Shown: piece by piece, positions 50,735-59,089 of the stretch
Layout of the letters: each line of letters begins with the position of its first letter
Position numbering within the stretch: the first letter of the stretch is position 1
From: Candidatus Methylomirabilota bacterium
Lineage (GTDB): Bacteria > Methylomirabilota > Methylomirabilia > Rokubacteriales > CSP1-6
Reading direction: 5' to 3'
Assembly: GCA_046726415.1 (NCBI GenBank)
Contig: JBKPAK010000097.1
Span: forward strand, 1 to 59,089
DNA: 59,089 bases
Notes under the pieces: model-generated
Databases searched by the model: none
What the model saw: only the letters and a program-made list of their open reading frames with translations
What the model was told of the DNA's origin: nothing
Made by a program: the position numbers and the translations under genes

Positions 50735-51304
50735 ATGAGCGCGGCGCCGTACAACCTCAAGCAATTCGTCGATGACCTGCGGACGATCACTCGCTCGAGC
50801 AGCGATGCGCGCGACATCATTACCCGGGTGCAACCACTGGCGCGCGAGCTCGCCCTCACGCAGAGCTGGCTCGAGCCGCGGCACTACCGGTGTGACCAGG
50901 CACAGGGATTCGGCGTGCATCTTCTCCACGAGGAGCCCGATCATACGCTCGCGGTGTTCGCGGCCGCATGGCTCCCGGGCCGCGGCGCGCCGCCGCACAA
51001 TCACGGCACGTGGGCCGTTGTGGCGGGCGTGGACGGCCGTGAGAGGAACATCTTCTGGAAGCGCGTGGATGACGGCTCGCGGCCGGGGTACGCCGAAATC
51101 GTGAAGCAGGCCGAAAAGGTGTTTGGCGCCGGCGAGGTCGTAACGTTCCTTCCCGATTCGATCCACAGCGTGACGAACGACACGGATGCCGTCACTGTCT
51201 CGTTGCACGTGTACGGCCAACACGTGAACTACACGACGCGCTCGCAATTCGATCCTGACACGCGCGTCGAGAAGGAACTCAAAGTCGTCCAAATGCTGAC
51301 GTAG
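50735..51304 (+). CDS. Cysteine/thiol dioxygenase family protein
   Basis: WLPG..PPHNHGTW, IHSV, SLHVYG; AGGAGG RBS. Confidence 0.8.
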   Translation: MSAAPYNLKQFVDDLRTITRSSSDARDIITRVQPLARELALTQSWLEPRHYRCDQAQGFGVHLLHEEPDHTLAVFAAAWLPGRGAPPHNHGTWAVVAGVDGRERNIFWKRVDDGSRPGYAEIVKQAEKVFGAGEVVTFLPDSIHSVTNDTDAVTVSLHVYGQHVNYTTRSQFDPDTRVEKELKVVQMLT

Positions 51305-51354
51305 CTGGCTGAGGCAAGCTCAAGGTTAGTGAGGACCCTCGAGCGGCTCGACAC

Positions 51355-51882
51355 CACCGTCGATCGCGCCACTGCCCACACCCGGCACACCCGGGCCAGA
51401 CCGTAGCGCCACCGCGTAGAGGGCGAGCAGGTTTGGCTCATTCGCTCGGCCTCCGTCGGAGTAAAGGCAGGTTGGCCTGCAGCCGGTGGCACCGCTCGAG
51501 GAGCAGACCGTTGTTCATCGTGATTTCGCCGACCTTCGCGCGCAGCCGCTGGATCTCGTCGTCACGCTTGTGCGCCGGCCGACTCTTCAGCGCGGCTTGG
51601 TCACCCGCCAGGAACTGCTCCCGCCACTGCGCCAGGATTGCTGCCGTCACCCCGAGCTCGCGCGCCAGACCGTCGAGCGGCTCGCCGCGCAGCATGCGGA
51701 GGATCGTCTCCGTCTTCCGCCGGGCCGAGAACCGCCCGGGCTCGCGCAGCCCATCGGCGTCCGTGGGCACCGCCGCGCGCGCGAGAGCCTTCCTATCTCA
51801 CTTGCGTTTCCCCATGTCCACCTCCTTGGAGGAGCATCATCTCTTCCAGCGAGGTGTCCACCAAAATCCAGGGCGTGAGACA
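51355..51882 (-). mobile_element. IS3-like insertion sequence relic
   Basis: End-like CCCTGGATTTTGGTGGACACC; orfA 51815-51438 with TGA at codon 6; orfB start MSQT...YGLARVCRVWAVARST then truncated. Confidence 0.68.
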
Positions 51883-52059
51883 GCCACGGTAGGCCGTATG
51901 CTCCGCTTCAAGCGCTCAGCACGCAGGCGGGTTCTGCCAGCGGCGACGACTGTTGAGCCCGGGGTGTACGGGTAGCCCGGCTGAGCGGTCGGCGTCTCCC
52001 TATGGACGGGAGGGGCTAATGAAGTCCTGAGCCGCTCACAATGGCATCGCCAGGGATAG

Positions 52060-52455
52060 GTGTTACCTGGCGGGATCGCGCCGGAACGGCTGCTCGCACA
52101 CAAGGACTACCTCACCGCCGGGCTGCCATGGGCACTGTCGAGCGACAACAAACCGTATTCAATGCTCTTCGCGTTGTGGGTCGCGGCGGCAAGAGTCGAG
52201 ATGCACGAGGGCAAGGTGATCGGGCCCTCCCAGCAGGTCTCCATCGCCGAGGCGCTCCGTGCCATGACGGCAGCAGGCGCGTACGCGAGCTTCGAGGAAC
52301 ATCACCGAGGCACCCTGGAAGCTGGCAAGCTGGCGGACCTGGTCGTCGTGCCGGGGGACCTGCTCACCGCGGAACCCGAGTCGCTGCCCACCCTCCGCCC
52401 CCTGCTGACCATGGTGGGCGGGCGGGTCGCCCACGCCGATCCGAGCGTGGGCTGA
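52060..52455 (+). pseudogene. C-terminal fragment of amidohydrolase_3 protein
   Basis: LSSD, EALRAMT, RGTLEAGKLADLVV, TMVGGR. Confidence 0.75.
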
Positions 52456-52582
52456 TCTTCAGGCCCGAACGGGTCGGGGCGGTGTGAGGCTGGAACGCGC
52501 TCACACCGCCCCGAATCCGGACTACCAGCCCGTCAGGCGAACGTCCGGTCTCGCCCCGACGGGCTGGCCTGCCGGCGGCGAA

Positions 52583-54013
52583 TCAGTCGGCAGTGTCCGG
52601 GGGGAACGGCGCCATCAGGTCAGCCTGCGTGTAGACCTTGCCGTGCACCATGACCTTGTCGATGTTGACCATGTCGTTGATGTCGGAGAGCGGGTTGCCG
52701 TCGATGAAGAGGAGGTCGGCAATCTTGCCTGCCTCGACCGAGCCGAGATCGTCGGCGACCCCGAGCAGCTTGGCAGCCATGCTGGTAGCGGTCTTCAGTG
52801 CGTCGGCTTCGGAGAACCCGCCCAGGACCAGGGCGCGCATCGCCGTCTGCATGCTGATGCCTGGGGCGCCACCACCGGGACCGTCGGTACCGGTCGCGAT
52901 CAGTCCGCCTCGCTCGAAGACCTCCTTGTAGATGCCGACGTCTCGCATGATGCTGTTCAGCTGCCCCGCAGTCGGGGGGCTGCTCGCGTTTGACTGCAGG
53001 CGCGCCCGCTCGAAGGCCGGCTGCAGGACCTGGATGCGCGGGTCATCCATCAGCTCCGGGTTGTTGCCGAGCAGCTGGAGACCGTGCGTCGTCTGGATCA
53101 GGTCAAGATTGCCTTCCGTGTGGAACTGCAGGACGTCTTCGTAGAGCAGACCGGCTGGACTCGTGCCCTGGAGGTGCGACACCGAGGCCACGCCGGAAGG
53201 CATTGCCGCCGAGAGGAGGTGCGTCGAAGAGATGATGCCCTCCGCACATGCTGCCTCGGCGACCCGTTCCATCTGGCGAGGCACCGCCCGGTCGTACGGC
53301 TTGTAGAGGTCGGCTTGCAGTGCTGCGTGCCGAGCGATTTCGAGTTCGAGCTGCTCGTCCGACATCACGGGCCGGGTGATCGGGTAGGACGCCCGGGTGC
53401 CCTCCAGCAACTCCCCTGCGGTGAAGAAGCGCGGCCCGACCAGCCAGCCGCTCGCCGACGCCTCGCGCAGTTCGGTCGCCTGGTGCAGGCTGTCGCCCCG
53501 CGACAGGACCGACGTCACGCCCCAGGCCAGGTACGACGCATGGATGCGCGTACCGTACAAATTGATGTGGTAGCTCGCCGGATGCGCGTGCATCTCGAAC
53601 CGCCCAGGCATCACGGTCTGGTCCGACGCGTCGATGTAGGTGACGCTGGGCCGCCGGCGACCCTCCTGGTGCGGCCGCACAGCGACGATGCGATCCCTCT
53701 CGATGACGATGTCGACGTCCTCCACGACCTGGTCGCTCACACCGTCCCAGAGGCGGCCGGCGTGGATGACCGTCGTCGCCATCCTCCGCGGACCCTCGGC
53801 GCGCCACGAGAGCCTCAGCGGGACCGAGCGCTGGTCGCTACCGTCCATCCTCACGGTCCTCAGCTCGTCGTGGTGGAGGTACAGCAGACGCTCCAAGTCG
53901 GGGCTCCAGGACGGAGCATCGGCGGATTCCGTCGTCACCTGCCGCGCGGGCCCGCGTTTCACGTCGTGCGTGCCATCCGGATTCACCGGCAGCACGTACA
54001 GGACGGCCTCCAT
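52583..54013 (-). pseudogene. TolB-repeat amidohydrolase, N-terminally truncated
   Basis: PSWSPD, EMHAH, TGTD, GSVEAGKIADL; 5' end replaced by RT scrap. Confidence 0.75.
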
Positions 54014-54016
54014 GAG

Positions 54017-54150
54017 AGCCGAGTAGTGGACCTGAGGAAGGGAGAGGCGTTCGGGTTCCTGGGCTTCACCATCCGCCGGGTGCAGTCCCGGGCGGGGCAA
54101 GTGGTGGCCGATGGCGGTGCCGGCGGTGAAACAACGGACGGTGCTGTTAC
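54017..54150 (+). pseudogene. Group II intron RT/maturase scrap
   Basis: SRVVDLRKGEAFGFLGFTIRR then KWWP…PAVKQRTVLL (RT7/thumb region). Confidence 0.65.
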
Positions 54151-54330
54151 ACGGCGACCTGGTGACGCAAGGCGAGGTTCTCGAGGGCGAGCTGGCGGTG
54201 GCGGCCGCAGAGGAAGGGGAAGAGACGTAGCAGGTTGAGCAGGAAGGTGATCATCGAGGTGGCATTGTGTTCGGATCCGGCCGACGGACCAATTACGAGC
54301 CTGCCGGACGGAGATATGGCGAGGGACAGG

Positions 54331-54393
54331 ATCGAGCACGTCGGCCCGCGGGCCTTCGGCTACGACCTCGACTTCCACTCGGTGTTCGCGTGA
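54331..54393 (+). pseudogene. C-terminal scrap of a second DUF917 gene
   Basis: HVGPRAFGYDLDFHSVFA* resembles LLGPRHFGFDFDYVPF of 10046-11182. Confidence 0.5.
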
Positions 54394-54414
54394 CGCGACG
54401 CTTTGCGACGCGTC

Positions 54415-55664
54415 CTACGTCGACCGGATCACCACCGCCATCCCCGCGGCGAGGTGCCACTCGATGTGGCAGTGGAAGAACCAGAACCCGGGATTGTTAT
54501 CCTTCCACTGGATGACCGCGTGGCCGCCGGCATGGACGCTGACCGTGTCCTTCTCGCAGGGCGCGTTCAGGTTCAACGGGCCGCTGGTGTAGTTGCCGGC
54601 ACCGTTCGGGCTCTGATAGAGGAGCTGAAAGTGGCGGCCATGGATGTGGAAGGGATGCGTCATGCCGGTCGGGTTGTTGAGAACCAGCCGCACGTTCTGG
54701 CCCTTTTTCACCGCCAGCTGCGTGACGGGCGGATCGGGCGCGTTCGGCTCGGTGCGGAACGACGTCTTCGGCGCCACGAACGCGCGGCCGTCCCAGGTCC
54801 AGCGGAACGGCTTCATGCTGCCGCCCAGCAGGTGCGTGCCCACCAGGTCGGGGGCCGGGACCTGGATGTCGACGCGGGCGCGCAAGGCGTTGTAGTCGAG
54901 GCCCGTGCCCCAGCTCGCGGGGGTGGCCGCGGGCTCGACGGCGGGAGCGCCGGCGTAGCGCACGATGGCGCGCACGCCGTCCTGGCCGCGGGGATCGAGC
55001 GTGTTCGCCCGGAGCCAGTAGTTTCCGACGGGCTGGTTCATCTCCACGATGACGTCGCAGCGCTCCCCGAGATCGAGCATCACGCTGTCCACCGCGGAGG
55101 GCATGGTCGGGATGCCGTCCACCGCGATCACCGTCATCCGGTGGCCGTCCAAGCGCACGCGCATCTCGTACGTGGAGCCGATGTTGGCCATGCGGAAGCG
55201 CACGCGCTGCTTCGGCTTGACCGCGAACACCTCCAGCGGGCTCTTGCTGGCGCCAAAGCGGCCCTTGCCGTTGATCAGGGCGGACTGATACGGCACGTCG
55301 CCCAGGTCGGGGCCGGTGTATGGCGCCGCCGCACCGGCGGCCCCCATCGCGCCCCCGCCCATGCTGCCGCCGCCCATGGGCATGGCCTTCATGTAGACGC
55401 CCTTCTCTAGTTTCGACAGGATCTGCGTTCCCGGCTCGTGGAACCATCGTCCGCCGCGTCGACGATGAGCATGCCGAGCATGCCCTCCCCGTACTGCACG
55501 CCGGTGTGCGAATGCCAGAGGTGCGTGCCGGCCGGCTCCGCCTTGAAGCGGTACTCGAACGTCTGACCGGGCGGGATAGGCTCCTGGGAAATGTTGGCTA
55601 CACCGTCCATCTGCCACGTGCCGAGCTGGGTCATGCCGTGCCAGTGGATGGTCGTCCCCTCCGG
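54415..55664 (-). pseudogene. Multicopper oxidase; N-terminally truncated, frameshift/deletion near 55450
   Basis: IHWHG, WHSH, HPFHIHG, HCHIEWHLAAGM. Confidence 0.87.
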
Positions 55665-58600
55665 TGCGGGACACAGCTGCCCACCGGAGCAAAATTCTGC
55701 TTCGAGTGCGCGACGCCGGTCAGTGCCCCTGGCTCCGTGCCGTCCCGTTTCGCTTCCGCAGAGTCCTACACGCCGAAACATCTAGTCGAGAAGATCCTCA
55801 CCTCCAAGGCCGCCCTCGAAGGCGACCGTAAGCAGGTCACCGTGCTCTTTGCCGACCTCAAAGGGTCCATGGAGCTAGTGGCTGACCGGGACCCCGAGGA
55901 GGCCCGGAAGCTCCTGGACCCTGTCCTCGAGCGGATGATGGAGGCCGTGCATCACTACGAGGGCACCGTCAACCAGGTGATGGGCGACGGCATCATGGCG
56001 CTGTTCGGCGCCCCGCTGGCGCATGAGGATCACGCGGTGCGAGCGTGCTATGCCGCGCTGAGAATGCAGGAATCAGTACAGCGGTACGCCGAGCGCCTTC
56101 GGCGCGCCGAAGGCATCCCAATTCAGATACGGGTTGGCATGAACTCCGGCGAGGTAGTCGTTCGGTCAATCGGCAGTGATCTGCGGATGGACTACACCGC
56201 CGTCGGGCAGACCACTCATCTTGCCGCACGGATGGAGCAGATGGCGACGCCCGACGCGATCGTGCTGTCCCCGGACACGCTGCGGCTCGTAGAGCACTAT
56301 GTGCAGGTAAAGTCCCTTGGCCGGATGGCAATCAAGGGACTCTCGAGCCCCGTCGAGATCTACGAGTTGACCGGTACGGCGAGCGTGCAGTCCCGGTTCC
56401 AGGCGGCTGCCGTACGCGGCCTCACCCGCTTCGTTGGGCGGGACCCCGAGATGGAGCAGTTTCGGCTCGCTCTCGAGCGCGCCGGCACCGGGCACGGCCA
56501 GGTCGTCGCGGTGGTGGGCGAGCCGGGGGTGGGAAAGTCGCGCCTCTTCCACGAGCTCACCCACTCCCATCACACCGACGGCTGGCTCGTGCTCATGAGC
56601 GGGTCAGCGTCCTATGGCAAGGCCACAGCTACTTACCGGTGATCGACCTCCTGCGCGGATACTTCCACATCGAGACCCGAGACGATTCGCGTCTTCGCCG
56701 CGAGAAGGTCACGAACAGACTTCTGAGCCTCGATGAGGCGTTGCGGCCGACACTTCCCGCATTCCTGGCGCTGCTCGATCTGGCCGTCGAGGAGCCGACG
56801 TGGCAAGCGCTTGATCCTCCCCAGCGGCGCCAGCAAACGCTCGACGCCCTCAAGCACCTGCTGCTGCACGAGAGCCGGCTGCAGCCGCTGGCGGTGATCT
56901 TCGAGGATCTGCATTGGGTCGATGTAGAGACTCAGGCCATGCTGGACGGTCTCGTGGAGAGCCTGCCGGCTTCGCTGCTCGTACTCCTCGTCAACTACCG
57001 CCCGGAATATCGCCATGCGTGGGGAGGCAAGAGCTACTACCGGCAGCTTCAAATCGGTCCGCTGTCAAGCAAGCAGGCGCAGGAACTCCTGCATACCATG
57101 CTGGGCAACGATCCCGACCTTCAGCCGTTGACACACCTATTGATCGAGCGGACCGACGGCAATCCCTTCTTTCTCGAGGAGACGATCCGGATGCTCGTGG
57201 AGACACGAGTCCTGGTCGGCGAGCGCGGGGCGTATCGTCTTGGGGGGAGCGTACTCAGCATCCAGGTTCCGGCGAATGTCCAGGCAGTCCTGGCGGCTCG
57301 GATCGACCGGCTCCCGCCGGAGGAGAAACAGCTTCTCCAGTCAGCGTCGGTGATCGGCAAGGACGTGCCGTTCGCCCTGCTTCAGGCCATCGCCGATGCT
57401 CCTGAATCTGAACTCCGCCGGCGTCTCGCGCACTCCAGGCAGCCGAGTTCCTCTACGAAACGCGCCTACTCCCGGATCTCGAGTACACGTTCAAGCACGC
57501 GCTGGCGCACGACGTTGCTTACGGCAGCCTGATGCACGACCGTAGGATGGCACTGCATGCCCGGATCGTCGAGGCCATCGAAGGACTCTACGCCGACCGC
57601 TTGATCGAGCACGCCGAACGCCTCGGCCATCATGCCCTTCGCGGCGAAGCGTGGGATAAAGCCCTGGCACACCTCCGTCAGGCGGGCGCGAAGGCGTCCG
57701 CGCGCTCGGCTAACAGCGAGGCAGTTCCATGGTTCGAGCAGGCGCTAACGGCTTTGAGTCACCTGCCCGAGACACGCGAGACGTTGGAACACGCAGTCGA
57801 TCTGCGTCTCGACTTACGAAGCTCGCTTTGGCCGCTCGGACAGTTCGAGCGGACATTCGAGTATCTTCCCGACGCCGAACGCCTGGCGACGACGCTCGAG
57901 GACCCACGGCGACTCGGATGGGTATCCGTCTATCTAAGCCAGTATTTCTGGGTCACCGGGCGACAGGGAGATGCCCTCACGTACGGCCATCGCGCCGAAG
58001 CGGTCGCCGAGACGCTCGATGACCTCCCGCTCCAGGTGGCGACACACTACTATCTGGGCCTTTCATATCTCGTAGCCGGTGACTATCGAGTCGCCGAGGA
58101 CCACCTTCTCAACGTAATCCGGTTGCTCGAAGGCCCTCTCAGTCGTGAGCGTTTCGACCTCGCCGGGTTTCCTGCGGTGATGGCAGGCGCATTCTTGACT
58201 TGGGCACTTGCCGACCGGGGAGAGTTTACTCGGGGCATCGCGCATGGACAAGATGCGGTGCGGCTTGCGGAGACCGTGGATCACCCGTGGAGTCTCGTGT
58301 CGGCGTCGGGGCTTCTCGGGTATCTGTACGCCGTCATGGGGGACGTCGGTCGCGCCGTCGACATTCTCGAGCGCACACGTGATCTGGCGCGCGCTCGAGA
58401 CCTCACCCTTCTGATGCCCTTTGTCTTGCGGGCGCTAGGCTACATTCACGCACTATCCGGGCGTACGGCCGCAGGCCTCTCCCTGCTGCAACAGGCATTG
58501 GGCGCGATCGAATCTTTTCGGATGGACGTCTTCCACGCGCTTTTCGTCACGCAGCTCGGTGAGGCACGGTTGTTGGCAGGTGAGCTGCCAGAAGCCCATG

Positions 58601-58938
58601 CACTCGCCGAACGAGCGTTGACGCTCGCCCGCGAGCACGGTGAGCGTGGCTGCGAGGCGGGCGCGCTCCGCCTCCTGGGCGACATCGCGGTCCACAGCGA
58701 TCCACCCGACCTCGAGAAGGCCGAGGGCTACCACCATCGCGCCATCGCGCTGGCCGAGGAGCTCGGCATGCGCCCCATCATCGCCCACTGCCACCTCGGC
58801 CTCGGCAAGCTCTACCGGCGCACGGGCAAGCGCGAGCAGGCCCAGGAGCACCTCACCACCGCGACAACCATGTACCGCGAGATGGACATGCGGTTCTATC
58901 TGGAGCAGGCGGAGGCGGAAGTGAGAGAGCTGACGTGA
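55662..58938 (+). pseudogene. Second cyclase-STAND-TPR paralogue; start lost, frameshifts near 56630 and 57435
   Basis: Collinear with 33287-36649 across three frames. Confidence 0.88.
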
Positions 58939-59089
58939 AGAAGCCGCGGCGCTCCGATGGCGGCTCTCCTCAGCGCGCCGCCACCCCCGAACACCATCAC
59001 CTCATCCTCGACCAGTTCACGCGCCAGGCCGCGGCGTTCTCGGTGTCGCCTCACATCAAGGACGAAGCCGCGCTTCGGCTCATCGTCGA
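58935..59089 (+). CDS. Probable SAM methyltransferase, N-terminus only (runs off window)
   Basis: HHLILDQFTRQAAAF...DEAALRLIV; GTGA overlap. Confidence 0.45.
   Translation, partial: MKKPRRSDGGSPQRAATPEHHHLILDQFTRQAAAFSVSPHIKDEAALRLIV

Noticed and set aside
54017-54150. Retron, DGR or defence RT system
   Set aside because: Only a short RT scrap; no catalytic motif, template repeat or ncRNA.
1-59089. CRISPR array, rRNA or complete tRNA
   Set aside because: No regularly spaced repeat-spacer array or full RNA gene seen; only partial tRNA 3' matches.

Overview
High-GC bacterial DNA. The gene repertoire (family-5 ABC binding proteins, zinc-ribbon/class III cyclase/STAND/TPR proteins) resembles Candidatus Rokubacteria; this assignment is inference only. 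The window has two halves. 1-24.4 kb is a mostly intact catabolic and transport region: hydantoinase/oxoprolinase B and A, a BMP-type ABC transporter, DUF917, an asparaginase-like protein, tandem peptide-ABC binding proteins, a flavin monooxygenase, an AlkD-like protein, an amidohydrolase and an OYE-type oxidoreductase. About 24.5-59 kb is a decaying accessory region. It holds a damaged paoABC-type operon, two cyclase-STAND-TPR paralogues, an RHH plus unknown-protein pair (candidate toxin-antitoxin), a conjugative-element relic (trbI'-DUF2274-traF-relaxase), and a phage/satellite-like module (large serine recombinase, HTH, DnaB, Rep-like). It also holds an ECF sigma/NrsF pair with two back-to-back GTAACC-N16-CGAA promoters, an IS3-like relic and many gene scraps fused end to end. 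Best leads: (1) a tRNA-3'-end att core inside the recombinase 3' end, followed by a degron-like tail, with a second similar scar at 25.3 kb; (2) the RHH/unknown-toxin pair with a 10-bp-periodic operator; (3) the ECF promoter pointing at a secreted metalloprotease. No CRISPR array, rRNA or complete tRNA was seen. Family calls come from motif recognition, not database searches.
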